A stretch of DNA of 64,000 nt from an uncultured Gemmatimonadales bacterium (GTDB lineage: Bacteria; Gemmatimonadota; Gemmatimonadetes; Gemmatimonadales; Gemmatimonadaceae): the NCBI GenBank assembly GCA_963850905.1, contig CAWKMU010000003.1, forward strand, positions 1,952,001 to 2,016,000, in the 5' to 3' direction. The notes beneath the pieces are model-generated. The model searched no databases, was not told where the DNA came from, and saw only the letters and a list, made by a program, of their open reading frames with translations. The first letter of the stretch is position 1. Every line of letters starts with the position of its first letter. Shown piece after piece: positions 31,916-42,019 of the stretch. The position numbers and the translations under genes were made by a program.

Positions 31916-32239
31916 TCGTACTCCGGTTGAGAGGTTCAGGATACAGCGCCCTGAACTCTCTTCCGCCTCGTAAACTCGGGCCCGCCATCCTGTATCGGCC
32001 ATGTAACGAAAGTCCCTGGTCCTAGGGGGTCGGACGGGACGCGGCGGCGGGGGTGCGTGGCCCGTGGTTATTGGGATGCGGGATTTGTGATTTTGGCGGT
32101 ATGGTGGTGGACCAAGGCTGCGGCGTGCAGCTCGATTCTGAAGAAAGTAGGAGGGCCAGTGGGGGATCGCCGCCACTGGCCCTCGCTAATCAAGGGCGAG
32201 ACCGGGAAACCAGGCCCCTGCCGCGTTATGGTGCCGACG

Positions 32240-33301
32240 CTATTGCGAGGCGCTCATCGTCCCGACTTTGATCTGTTTGATGTAGGTGTCAAGACGCTTA
32301 ACCATCGCCGTTGGCAGTGGTGCGTAGTCCAGGGCGGCGACCTCCTGTTGGCCGCTGTGCAGCATCCATGTAAGGAAGTCAACGAGCTGCTTCCCCTTGG
32401 TCGCGTTCGTCTGATTCTTGTACACGAGCAACCAGGTGAAGGAGGAAATGGGATACGCATCGGCGCCGGGTCCGTTCACGATTGAGATGCGGTAGTCGGT
32501 GTTAGCAGGCAACGTGGCCGCCACGCCTGCTGCCGCGGCAGTCACCGACTCGATCGTGGGCTCCACGAACTTCCCGGCCGCATTCTTGACCGCAGCGTAC
32601 GGGAGCTTGTTTTGCCTCGCGTAGGCCAGCTCGACGTACCCAATTGCATACGGGGTCTGCTTGACCTGGCCCGCGACTCCCTCGTTCCCTTTGCCGCCAA
32701 GCCCGACCGGCCACTGGACGTCTTTCCCCTTGCCCGGCCCCTTCGCCCATTCGGGACTGACGCTCGAGAGGTAGTCGGTCCAGATATAGGTGGTCCCGCT
32801 GCCGTCCGATCAATGCACCACCAATATGTCCTGGTCCGGCAGTTTGACACCGGGATTGAGCGCCACGACCTGGGGATCATTCCATTTCGTGATCTTGCCT
32901 AGAAAGATCCCGGCGATGGCCTCGGGCGAGAACCGAAGCGACTGAGTAATCCCGGGAAGGTTGTAGGTCAGGACGTCTGCTCCTAACACCGTTGGAATGT
33001 GGAGGATGGGCCCACCCTTGACCTTGGCGATCTCCGCGTCGCTCATGGGCCCGTCGGAGGCACCGAAGTCCACCGTCATGTCCGAGATCTGGCGCACGCC
33101 GCCGCCAGAGCCGATGGACTGATAGTTGATCTCGACATGCGTCTGAGCGGCATAATCGGAGAACCACTTGGAATAGATCGGGTACGGGAACGTAGCGCCG
33201 GCGCCCGTCAGGGCCTGGCCCGAAGCCACGACCGGCATTCCGACTATCATTGCAGTGGCGAGGGTGCGCCAGAGCACGCCTGGTGCGCGGTTGCTGATCA
33301 T
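32240..33301 (-). pseudogene. pstS: Phosphate-binding protein PstS with one in-frame TGA
   Basis: GAGATFPYP, SIGSGGG, DFGASD, then VVH*SDGSGTT (TGA at 32810-32812 where Arg is conserved). The frame stays open through GKGNEGV, IGYVELAYA and YPISSFTW to the stop at 32240. Confidence 0.9.
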
Positions 33302-33509
33302 CAGGATGTCCTCGGAAGGGAAAGAGTTCTCGATCGACCGGCATCGATCCGGACGGAATTGCTTTCAAAACGGCCGGGCAGACAACTGAAGCAACGATTC
33401 GGTCGCGTAACGGATGATCGCCGCTCCCTCGCTCAACAGTCTGGTGCCCTAGAGACGTTTGGCTCCCCTTAACGCTGTCCGTCCCTCGTAACGCGTCGAC
33501 GCGCGGATT

Positions 33510-33530
33510 GTATCGGATGTGTCACGTGCG
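33510..33530. promoter_or_regulatory. Candidate Pho-box-like direct repeat upstream of pstS
   Basis: GTATC-N6-GTCAC-GTGC with the same 11-bp period and orientation as the pstC site. Confidence 0.4.
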
Positions 33531-33599
33531 CTAAGAAGCGGACTCGACCGTTTGGCGTCCCGCGTGTTCCCGACCAATGATCGGGGTGGTTGGAAGGCT

Positions 33600-35039
33600 C
33601 TAGGGAGCTCGGTCCGGGAAGAATGCTGCGACAGCTGTCCCCCGACCTGGTTGGCTGTCCGCGCGGACACGACCCCCGTGCGCCTCCACCAGATGCCGGA
33701 CGATGGCGAGTCCGAGCCCAGTCCCGCCCGCCTCGCGCGCGCGGGCCCGATCCACCCGGTAAAATCGCTCGAAGATGCGCGGCAGGTGCTCCGCCGCGAT
33801 CCCGACACCAGTGTCTCGAACGGTCAGCCAAACACCGTGTTCGGCCAGGTCCGGGTTCGCACCCAATGCGTCCCCGTCGTGCCCAGCCAACGCGCCGTTG
33901 TCGCGATGGGCTGTCACCGTCACCGACCCTGCCGGCGTGTGGCGCACCGCGTTCTCGACAAGGTTCGTCAGGACCTGTCGCAGCGCGGTCGGGTCCGCTA
34001 GCACGGTCCGCGCATCGTCCGGGATGAAGAGCTCGAGGGCAACGCCTTTCTCTTCCGCCAAAGCTTTCGACGGGAGGACGGCGTCGGTTGCGGCTGCGCG
34101 CGTGTCCACGACGATGGGCTTCGGCACCCAGCCGCCGGACTCGATCCGGCTGAGGTCGAGCAGATCATCCACGATGCGCTGCATGCGTCGGGTGTTCGCG
34201 AGTATCGTCTCCGCGAATTGGCGGCGTCGCTCTGGCGGCAGATCTTCGTCGGTCAGCGTCTCGGCAAATCCGCCCACGACCGTGAGCGGTGTCTTGAGCT
34301 CGTGCGAGACGTTGGCGACGAAATCGCGTCGCACGGCCTCGAGTCGTCTCGACGCCGTGAGGTCCAGCAACGCCACGACAGCACCCCCGCCCGCCAGCGG
34401 CCGCGCAGTCAGCGCGAGCGATCGGCCCTCCACGGTCGTCTCCGCGCCTTCGGTCACCGTGCCCGCAAGCGCCGCGGTCACCGACTGGCGAAAGACGCGC
34501 TCTCGCGGCAGGTAGTCGAGCGGGAACGGTACTGGCGTCGCCGCCCGCAACAGTTTGCGGCCGGTCGCGTTGATGCGTACGACGCGTTGCCGCACGTCGA
34601 CGGCAAGCACTCCCTCGTGCAGCGAATCGAACAGCGCCGTCAACAGGGAGTCCTCCTCTTCGAGCGCGAGCAGACGAGCGCCCAGCTGCTCGCCGAGACG
34701 GTGGATCGCTATCGCCAAGTCGCCGACTTCACCCGGTGCCGTGAGCGATGGTCGGCGGCTGAGGTCCCCAGCCGCCAGCCCTCGCGCGACGTCGCGGAGC
34801 TCCTCGACCGGGCGGGAGACGGCGCGCGCAAACAGAAACGCGATCACCGAGGACAGGGCCAACGCAATGCAGCCCGTGAGAACGACGTCGCGCTTGGCGG
34901 CGCGCAGCAGATCTGGCGTCGGCGCGGCGGCGCCGGAGATGCCCGGGTCGAGTCGATAGTTGATCACGCCGACGACGCACACGACGATCACGCTCACGAC
35001 GATGAGCGAGCCTAGGAGCAATCGCTGTGTGAGTCTCAC
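33600..35039 (-). CDS. phoR: PhoR-like sensor histidine kinase (HAMP-PAS-HisKA-HATPase)
   Basis: RRDFVANVSHELKTPLT, NLVENAVRH, DTGVGI, FERFYRVD, GTGLGL; pst operon context. Confidence 0.88.
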   Translation of the reverse strand: MRLTQRLLLGSLIVVSVIVVCVVGVINYRLDPGISGAAAPTPDLLRAAKRDVVLTGCIALALSSVIAFLFARAVSRPVEELRDVARGLAAGDLSRRPSLTAPGEVGDLAIAIHRLGEQLGARLLALEEEDSLLTALFDSLHEGVLAVDVRQRVVRINATGRKLLRAATPVPFPLDYLPRERVFRQSVTAALAGTVTEGAETTVEGRSLALTARPLAGGGAVVALLDLTASRRLEAVRRDFVANVSHELKTPLTVVGGFAETLTDEDLPPERRRQFAETILANTRRMQRIVDDLLDLSRIESGGWVPKPIVVDTRAAATDAVLPSKALAEEKGVALELFIPDDARTVLADPTALRQVLTNLVENAVRHTPAGSVTVTAHRDNGALAGHDGDALGANPDLAEHGVWLTVRDTGVGIAAEHLPRIFERFYRVDRARAREAGGTGLGLAIVRHLVEAHGGRVRADSQPGRGTAVAAFFPDRAP

Positions 35040-35130
35040 GCCGCCGCCCTCCGCACCGCAGCCTCAGATAGCCGCGATGCATACCCCGCTCGATACGGGG
35101 CGCCGCCGGCCGAGCGTGCACCCGGGCGCG

Positions 35131-35847
35131 TTATGCGCCGCGTGCGTGCCCTGCGCGCAACCGGTAGCCGAATCCTCGCACGGTCTCGATCAGATCGCCA
35201 GCCGGTCCCAGCTTCGTGCGTAATCGTTGAATATGCATATCGACCGTGCGGGTCTGGATATCGGGGGCCGCCTCCCACACGGTTTCGAGCAGATGTCCGC
35301 GCGCCTGTACGCGCCCGCGGCGCTCGGCGAGAGTCAGCAAGAGCTTGAACTCCGTCGGCGTCAGCTCCACTTCCGCGGTGTCGACACTGACACGGTGCGC
35401 GGCGCGGTCGATGCGGATCGGACCGATCGCGAGCACGTCGGTCGCCGTGTGAGCGGACGCGCCGACGCGCCGCAGAATCGCGCTCACGCGGAGAACCAGC
35501 TCTTGAGGACTGAACGGCTTTGTGAGATAGTCGTCGGCGCCGAGCGACAAGCCACGAATCCGATCCGGTTCCTCGCGACGTGCGGTCAGCATGAGGACCG
35601 CCACATCGCGCGTGCTATCATCCGAGCGCAGTTGCTCCAACACGTCGAACCCTGACAGCCCGGGCAGCATGAGATCGAGCACGACCAGGGACGGCCGCTC
35701 CTGGCGAGCGAGCGTGAGCGCGTCTTGTCCGTTAGAGGCAGTGGAGACCCGGTAGCCCGACTTGGCCAAGTGATAAGCGACAAGGGCTACGATGTCCGGC
35801 TCGTCATCGACGACTAGCACGCGTTCCGTAGTGACCGGTGCGGTCAT
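35131..35847 (-). CDS. phoB: PhoB-like OmpR-family response regulator
   Basis: VVDDE, LDLMLPG, GADDYLTKPF, TRTVDMHIQRLRTKL, IETVRGFGY; start at ATG 35847. Confidence 0.9.
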   Translation of the reverse strand: MTAPVTTERVLVVDDEPDIVALVAYHLAKSGYRVSTASNGQDALTLARQERPSLVVLDLMLPGLSGFDVLEQLRSDDSTRDVAVLMLTARREEPDRIRGLSLGADDYLTKPFSPQELVLRVSAILRRVGASAHTATDVLAIGPIRIDRAAHRVSVDTAEVELTPTEFKLLLTLAERRGRVQARGHLLETVWEAAPDIQTRTVDMHIQRLRTKLGPAGDLIETVRGFGYRLRAGHARGA

Positions 35848-35922
35848 CGGTTTTCCAGAGTTGGGTCGTACCATTATCGAGGCGGCGCCGGGCACGCCAA
35901 GAATATGCGCAGCTAACGAAAC

Positions 35923-36786
35923 ATGAGCAAAGGGGAAGAGTTCGCCACGAGTCACGGTTTGGTATCGACGCACGAGCTCGTCGCGCGCGCGGCCGACCTC
36001 GTCGCAGCCCGGTGTCGCATCACTCGCCCACGCACGGCGCTCATTCTCGGGTCGGGGCTGGGCGACTTCGCGCGACATATCGAGGGTGCTACCAGGCTCT
36101 CCTTCACAGAGATCCCTGGCTTTCCGGCGCCCTCAGTCCAGGGACACGCCGGCGACGTCGTTCACGGCCGCGTCCACGGCCGCGAGGTCATCGCCATCTC
36201 CGGGCGCATCCATTTATACGAGGGGCATCGGGCCCCGGTCGTCGCGCTTCCCGTCCGTCTCGTGCACGCACTCGGGGTGCGCACGCTCCTCATCTCCAAC
36301 GCGGCAGGCGCAATACGTCAGGGGTTCCAGGCGGGATCCCTCATGGTCGTGCGGGACCATATCAATATGAGTTGGCACAACCCGCTGATTGGCCCTTCGT
36401 CTCCCGGCGATCTGCGGTTCCCGGACATGTCGGCCCCTTACGACGCCGCACTCGGCACAACGTTCGAAACCGCGGCCATCGCGAGCGGGCTCACGGTCGT
36501 GAGTGGCGTCTATGCCGGCGTGTTGGGTCCGTCATACGAGACTCCAGCCGAAGTGCGCATGCTCGCGCGCATGGGAGCGGACGCGGTGGGCATGTCCACC
36601 GTCCCCGAAGTACTGGTTGCTCGGGCGCTCGGCATGCGCGTCGTGGCCATCAGTTGTCTCACCAATGCCGCCGCAGGCATCGCCGCGCACCCGCTCTCTC
36701 ACGCCGATGTCCTCAGGGTGGTCGCACGGGTGGCGCCCGCGTTCGAACAGACGGTAGCCGTCTGGCTCGACCAGGCAGCGAGATAG
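35923..36786 (+). CDS. Purine-nucleoside phosphorylase (trimeric, inosine/guanosine type)
   Basis: ILGSGLG, GHAG, GRIHLYEG, GPSYETPAE, GADAVGMSTVPE, TNAAAG. Confidence 0.92.
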   Translation: MSKGEEFATSHGLVSTHELVARAADLVAARCRITRPRTALILGSGLGDFARHIEGATRLSFTEIPGFPAPSVQGHAGDVVHGRVHGREVIAISGRIHLYEGHRAPVVALPVRLVHALGVRTLLISNAAGAIRQGFQAGSLMVVRDHINMSWHNPLIGPSSPGDLRFPDMSAPYDAALGTTFETAAIASGLTVVSGVYAGVLGPSYETPAEVRMLARMGADAVGMSTVPEVLVARALGMRVVAISCLTNAAAGIAAHPLSHADVLRVVARVAPAFEQTVAVWLDQAAR

Positions 36787-36811
36787 GTTCGACGCTATGT
36801 CGCGCGTCGTA

Positions 36812-37597
36812 TCACGCGACAGGGCCTTGGCCGCGACCAACACGAGGGGGACGTAACAGCGCGCGGTGCACATAGGCCATCCCGGCGCGAACGGCGCGGT
36901 TCAACGACGCGCCCTTGGCGAGATGGGCGGTGATCGCCGCCGAGAGGACGCACCCAGTTCCGTGGGTATGGCGAGTCGCGACTCGTCGATGGCGAAAGAA
37001 CCGCGGAGCGGTCGATCCGTCGTAAAAGACGTCGATAGCCGTCGGGCCATCGAGGTGTCCGCCGGTCACCAAGGCCGCGCCCGCACCGCCGCGCTCGACG
37101 AGCCACCGTGCCGCTCTCGCCATGGATGCCAGGTCGGTCACCGGCTCGCCCCCGAGTGCCGCGGCCTCCGCCAGGTTGGGCGTAATGAGCGCGGCGAGCG
37201 GCACGAGCTCGCGACGCAGGACAGCGACAGCCGCTCGGTCGAGCAATGCGCGGCCTGTAGAGGCGCGCATGACAGGGTCCAACACGTACGGAGCGAGCGC
37301 ATGGTATCGCAATGCCGCAGCGACCGCCCGCGCCACTCCGGCTGTCGCTAGCATCCCGCTCTTCACGGCGGCGGGCCGGAGGTCGGTGGCGACGGCGTCG
37401 ACCTGCGCGCGCACCAGCCGCGGGGCGATGGGCGCCGACCGCACGACGGCGAGCGAGTTCTGCGCGGTAACGGCGGTGATCGCCGTGGTGCCGAACACGC
37501 CAAGCCGCGCGAACACGCGCAGGTCGGCTTGGACACCTGCCCCGCCGCCCGAATCCGATCCGGCGATCGTCAGTGCGATGGGGGCGCGTGAGGGCAT
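36812..37597 (-). CDS. thiD: Hydroxymethylpyrimidine/phosphomethylpyrimidine kinase
   Basis: LTIAGSDSGGGAGVQADL, TAQNS, VKSGML, ITPNLAEA, HGTGCVLSAA. Confidence 0.93.
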   Translation of the reverse strand: MPSRAPIALTIAGSDSGGGAGVQADLRVFARLGVFGTTAITAVTAQNSLAVVRSAPIAPRLVRAQVDAVATDLRPAAVKSGMLATAGVARAVAAALRYHALAPYVLDPVMRASTGRALLDRAAVAVLRRELVPLAALITPNLAEAAALGGEPVTDLASMARAARWLVERGGAGAALVTGGHLDGPTAIDVFYDGSTAPRFFRHRRVATRHTHGTGCVLSAAITAHLAKGASLNRAVRAGMAYVHRALLRPPRVGRGQGPVA

Positions 37598-37669
37598 GAC
37601 GGGTGGTGGCGGCGAACCGGAGGAGAGGCGATCATCGATGGACAGGTCACCCCATCTACCTTCGATTCC

Positions 37670-38432
37670 GTGCGACTTCTAACCCTAGCGCGCGACCTCA
37701 AGCGTCGAAAGGCGCGCGAGCGGACGCAATACTTTGTTGCCGAAGGCGTGCGGACCGTCGAAGAGCTGCTGGGATCAGGGCTCGCGATCCGGGGGGCGCT
37801 GGTCGCGCCCCAACTCGCGACAACCCCTCGTGGCGACTCGCTCCGAGCCACGCTCGAGGGGCATCAGATCGAAATTGAACGGGTTAGCGACGCCGATTTC
37901 GCGACCGGATCCCAGACCGACTCTCCCCAAGGGGTGCTGGCGATCGCAGAAGTCCCGCCGCGTTCGCTGGCGGACCTTGATCCGGGCTCGCGATGTCGCA
38001 TGCTCGTCCTGGATGCGGTCCAGGATCCCGGCAACGTGGGCACAATGGTGCGGGCCGCGGGGGCACTTGGCGTGGCTGCCACCTTGGCACTACCCGGCAC
38101 GGTTGACCTGTGGAACGCGAAAGTCGTCCGTAGCGCGATGGGTGCGCTCTTCTCTCACACGGCAATCATGGCGACTTGGGCGGAGTTCGACGATTGGCGG
38201 GCGGCCCATCGTGTGGCGCTGTGGGGAGCGGATGCGCGTGGCGAGCCCATTGAGCGGGCGCACACCGACGCGCCCCCGCGGCTCGCCCTTATGGTCGGCA
38301 ACGAGGGCAGCGGCCTGACCCCACTCGCCCGTACGCGATCCGAGCGGCTCGTCGGGCTCCCGATCGCGGGCGTGGAATCTCTCAACGTTGCGGTGGCTGC
38401 GGGCATTCTTGTTGTACGAGTTGCGACAGTGA
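37670..38432 (+). CDS. TrmH/SpoU family RNA methyltransferase; one extra base near its 3' end fuses it to pilD as assembled
   Basis: QDPGNVGTMVR, VGNEGSGL, ESLNVAVAAGIL. Removing one base at 38408-38411 restores the typical end AAGILLYELRQ* (TGA 38430-38432). Confidence 0.8.
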
Positions 38433-39325
38433 CGCTCGCGCCGACTGGACTGGTCGCGACCCTGGGCATCGTCTTTGCCGGCGGCGCGCCGACTGGCATC
38501 CCGCCGTGGTTGTGGTGGGGCACCGTCGGCGTGTGGGGCGCGCTCATTGGCTCTTTCCTCAACGTGTGTATCGCCCGCTGGCCGATGGAGCTGTCCGTCG
38601 TCGCCCCTCGATCGCGGTGCCCGCGCTGCCAGCGCCAGATCGCCTGGTACGAGAATGTGCCGGTCCTGAGCTGGGTTGCCCTGCGCGGCCAATGCCGCGG
38701 CTGCCGCCTCCCGATCTCGGTCCAGTACCCGATCGTGGAGATCGCGATCGCGCTCGCGTGGATCGGTGCTTTTGCGGTCTACCACTCGCCATTTGCCGCG
38801 CTGCGCGTCGCCGTTTTCGTCACGCTGTTGGCCGGCGTCGCCGTCACCGACCTGCTCTACTATCTCATCCCCGACGGGTTCACCGTGTTTGGCCTCGTGT
38901 GGCTCTTCGCGGCGTCCGTGATAGGTGTGTTCATCGGCGACAGCGGGGGATTCGCCTTGCCGTACGACGCGTTGATCGGTGCGTGCGTCGGGGCGGGGGC
39001 GATCTCGATCGTCGGCTGGCTGGGGGAGGTCGCGCTCCGGAGAGAAGCGATGGGCTTTGGCGATGTCACGCTCATGGCCGTCGTCGGAACCGCACTGGGC
39101 GCGCCCCGCACCCTCCTCACGATCTTCCTGGGCGCGACCGTCGGTGCCGTCGTGTTCCTGGTCGCAGTCATGCCCGTTGCCTGGGTCCGCTGCCGGCGGG
39201 CTGGGGTACCTTTTGAGGCGCCGCTAGTGCCCTTCGGGGTCTTCCTTGCGCCTGCCGCCATCCTCACCTTCCTTTGGGGAGACCGCCTGCTCGCGTGGTA
39301 CCTGGCGCGACTCGGGCTGGCGTGA
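38429..39325 (+). CDS. pilD: Prepilin peptidase / N-methyltransferase (A24A)
   Basis: GSFLNVCIARWP, RSRCPRC, WYENVPVLSW..LRGQCRGC, TD..LIPD, MGFGDV, VPFGVFL; GTGA overlap with the restored trmH stop. Confidence 0.88.
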   Translation: MTLAPTGLVATLGIVFAGGAPTGIPPWLWWGTVGVWGALIGSFLNVCIARWPMELSVVAPRSRCPRCQRQIAWYENVPVLSWVALRGQCRGCRLPISVQYPIVEIAIALAWIGAFAVYHSPFAALRVAVFVTLLAGVAVTDLLYYLIPDGFTVFGLVWLFAASVIGVFIGDSGGFALPYDALIGACVGAGAISIVGWLGEVALRREAMGFGDVTLMAVVGTALGAPRTLLTIFLGATVGAVVFLVAVMPVAWVRCRRAGVPFEAPLVPFGVFLAPAAILTFLWGDRLLAWYLARLGLA

Positions 39326-39507
39326 GCGCCGGGATCGTCGGCGCGGATGCACGGCACGGAAACTCCGGCACATAATCAACGGTAGGGAGAGACGGCACCG
39401 GTCGAGTACCCTTCCGGCGACCGATTCTGGCATGCGAATCTTGGTGAAGGTGACGATGACGGACCTGATGGATTACAACGGGCGGCCGATGGATCGCGGA
39501 CGAGCCG

Positions 39508-40692
39508 ATGCGTGACTCGGCGTTGGGCCGCTTCACGCGCAATCTCACCGATGAGGCCCACCGGGGTCGTTTGGACCCCGTCCGCTGTCGGGACGCGGAG
39601 ATCGCGCGCGTCATCGACATTCTCCTGCGCTATGGCAAGAACAACCCCGCCCTGGTCGGGCCGGCGGGCGTGGGGAAGACAGCGATCGTCGAAGGCCTCG
39701 CCCAGCGGGTCGCGGCCGCGGAAGTACCGCTCGCGCTGCGCGACGTTCGTGTACTCTCGCTCGACCACGTGGCCCTCCTGGGCGGTACGACGTACCGCGG
39801 CCAGTATGAGTCTCGTATCACCGCGCTGGTCGATGAGGTGACGGAGGCAGGTGATGTCGTGCTCTTCGTCGATGAGCTCCACAACCTGATCGGTCAAGGC
39901 ACCGCGATGGGCGTCGCGATGGATGCGGGCAACATGCTCAAGCCGGCGCTGGTGCAAGGCGAGTTTCGAGTCATCGGTGCCACGACGAGCGACGAGTACG
40001 ATCGGTGGATTTGTGGCGACCCGGCTCTGGAACGGCGCTTTCAGCGCGTCGACGTTCGCGAGCTATCCGCATCCGACACGTTGGCTGTGTTGCGCGCGAG
40101 AGTACTCCGCCTGGAGCGACATCACGGCGTCGTCATCGCGGATGATGCGATCGACGCCGCGGTCCAGCTGACGGATGAGTATGTGCACGATCGCGCCCGG
40201 CCGGACCGGGCGATCAATGCGCTGGATGAGGCGTGCGCGCACACCCAGGCGCGGGCCGTCTACCGGCCTGCCGTCGCGATGCTGATCGCTGAGCGTCGCG
40301 GATTGCTGCGGAGTGGTGCGGCGGCCATCGAGCCGCCCCCGGCTGGCGAGGCCGCCACGACTGAGGACCCCGATCCCCTCGAGCGGTTCGCGCGCTCGGG
40401 ATTCAACGCGCTCGAGCGGTTCGGCGCCGAGCTCGAGGCGGCAATCGCCGAACGTCTGGGAGATCCGATCGACCGGCCGGCCGATCGGCCGCGGAGACCC
40501 GGATCGGGTGGCCAAAGCGGAGCTCGGCCGGCAGATGCGCCGGCGGCGCGAACGGCACAAACGCCCCTCGCCGAACTGGATGAATCGATCAGACGGCAGT
40601 TGATCGAGGACGGGGTCGTCGTCCGCGGGCACGATGTCGCGCGAGCCGTAGCGGTGGCCACGGGCACCGACGTCATCTGGCGCGCGCCGTGA
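39508..40692 (+). CDS. Stand-alone ClpA/ClpB NBD1-type AAA+ ATPase (no N-domain, no NBD2)
   Basis: LDPVRCRDAEI, KNNPALVGPAGVGKTAIVEGLA, YRGQYE pore loop, LFVDELH, DPALERRFQ, PDRAINALDEA; ends at 394 aa. Confidence 0.85.
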   Translation: MRDSALGRFTRNLTDEAHRGRLDPVRCRDAEIARVIDILLRYGKNNPALVGPAGVGKTAIVEGLAQRVAAAEVPLALRDVRVLSLDHVALLGGTTYRGQYESRITALVDEVTEAGDVVLFVDELHNLIGQGTAMGVAMDAGNMLKPALVQGEFRVIGATTSDEYDRWICGDPALERRFQRVDVRELSASDTLAVLRARVLRLERHHGVVIADDAIDAAVQLTDEYVHDRARPDRAINALDEACAHTQARAVYRPAVAMLIAERRGLLRSGAAAIEPPPAGEAATTEDPDPLERFARSGFNALERFGAELEAAIAERLGDPIDRPADRPRRPGSGGQSGARPADAPAARTAQTPLAELDESIRRQLIEDGVVVRGHDVARAVAVATGTDVIWRAP

Positions 40693-40759
40693 GGGGACCC
40701 ACTGCCCATCGGGCGACAGCTGCCTCGTTCCCTCGACCGACCTTTTTCCTCGTGGCGCG

Positions 40760-42019
40760 ATGAGCCTTCTCGATTGCCTGGCGCATGTCTGGCCGACCGG
40801 CGCCGTGTGGGTCGTCCTCAGCGGGACGCTGGCATGCGGGGCGGGTGATCGAACGGCAGGGCATGGCGGACCCTCTGCGTCCCAGGTCGCCGACGCCGCG
40901 AAGCGGGTCGAACACGCGGTTGGCCTCACGTTCAAACGGCCGCCGCGGGTCGAGACCCGGACGAAGGCGGAGGTTCGTGCCTTCCTCGATCAGCAGTTTG
41001 CCACGAGTCACGCGACGCGGGACATCGCCGGAACCGAGGCCGCGTACAAACTGCTCGGCATGATTCCGGACACGTTGAATCTCACGGACGAGATGAAGGC
41101 GCTGCTCGCCGAGCAGGTCATCGGCTTCTATGACCCGAAAACCAAGGTCCTGTACGTGGTGGACAGCGCGCCCCAGGCCGCGGTGGATATGGTGCTCACG
41201 CACGAGCTGGTGCACGCGCTGCAGGACCAGTACATGAATCTCGACTCCGTACAGAGCGCCGAGGGTGACAACGATCGCTCCGCCGCGGCCGACGCGATCA
41301 TCGAAGGTCAGGCGTTCTACGATCAGATGATCGCGGTAGCAGGGAATCGAGGCCTCGTCGCGGCCATGCCTGGCGGGTGGGACGCGGTGCGCGAGACGAT
41401 CCGAGAGAACAAGACGGCGATGCCTGCGATAGCCAACGCCCCAATGGTGCTGCAGGAGACGCTGCTCTTCCCGTATCTGAGCGGCGCCGAGTTCATGCGC
41501 GACTTCAATGCGCGCGAGCCCGGCAAGCAGCCGTACGCCGACATGCCAGTCTCGACGACACAGATTCTGCATCCGCTCACTGCCTATTTCGGCAAACGCG
41601 ATTGGCCGGTGCGCGTGGCGCTCCCGCCGCCGCCACACGGCCTCCATGTCCAGTACGACGACAACCTGGGCGAATTCGAGACGCGACTCTTTCTCTTCCA
41701 GCACCTGGATGACCAGGCCGCGGCCATTCGCGGGGCGAGCGGATGGGCAGGCGACCGTTACGAGGTGGTCCAGATGCCCGAAGGACCGGGCCTCGCGTGG
41801 GTGACCGTCTGGGAGTCAGCGGTGAGCGCGGGACAGTTTCGCGATTTGTTGCAGCAAGCGATCGCCCATCGGTATGGGCCGCATCCTACGCGCTCGGTCT
41901 CGGTCACGGCGGTTGATATCGCCGGGCGCCCAGCCGTCATCTACGAGGACAAGCCGCACGGCGTGACGACACGGCTGGTGGACCCGGCAGGGGTGAAGGT
42001 GGAGACGACTGGACGTTAG
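40760..42019 (+). CDS. Putative lipoprotein with zincin-like HEXXH motif
   Basis: Lipobox-like TLAC; IGFYDP, HELVHALQDQ, downstream IEGQA, FPYLSG, GWAGDRY. Confidence 0.6.
   Translation: MSLLDCLAHVWPTGAVWVVLSGTLACGAGDRTAGHGGPSASQVADAAKRVEHAVGLTFKRPPRVETRTKAEVRAFLDQQFATSHATRDIAGTEAAYKLLGMIPDTLNLTDEMKALLAEQVIGFYDPKTKVLYVVDSAPQAAVDMVLTHELVHALQDQYMNLDSVQSAEGDNDRSAAADAIIEGQAFYDQMIAVAGNRGLVAAMPGGWDAVRETIRENKTAMPAIANAPMVLQETLLFPYLSGAEFMRDFNAREPGKQPYADMPVSTTQILHPLTAYFGKRDWPVRVALPPPPHGLHVQYDDNLGEFETRLFLFQHLDDQAAAIRGASGWAGDRYEVVQMPEGPGLAWVTVWESAVSAGQFRDLLQQAIAHRYGPHPTRSVSVTAVDIAGRPAVIYEDKPHGVTTRLVDPAGVKVETTGR

Noticed and set aside
32810..32812. Selenocysteine insertion or genetic-code reassignment at the pstS TGA
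   Set aside because: The position is a conserved Arg, not Cys or Trp, and many neighbouring genes use TGA as a normal stop.
37670..39325. 551-aa TrmH-prepilin peptidase fusion in the ORF track
   Set aside because: Removing one base at 38408-38411 restores the typical TrmH end (LLYELRQ*) and a GTGA overlap with pilD. Two coupled genes plus a 1-nt insertion is more parsimonious than a novel fusion.
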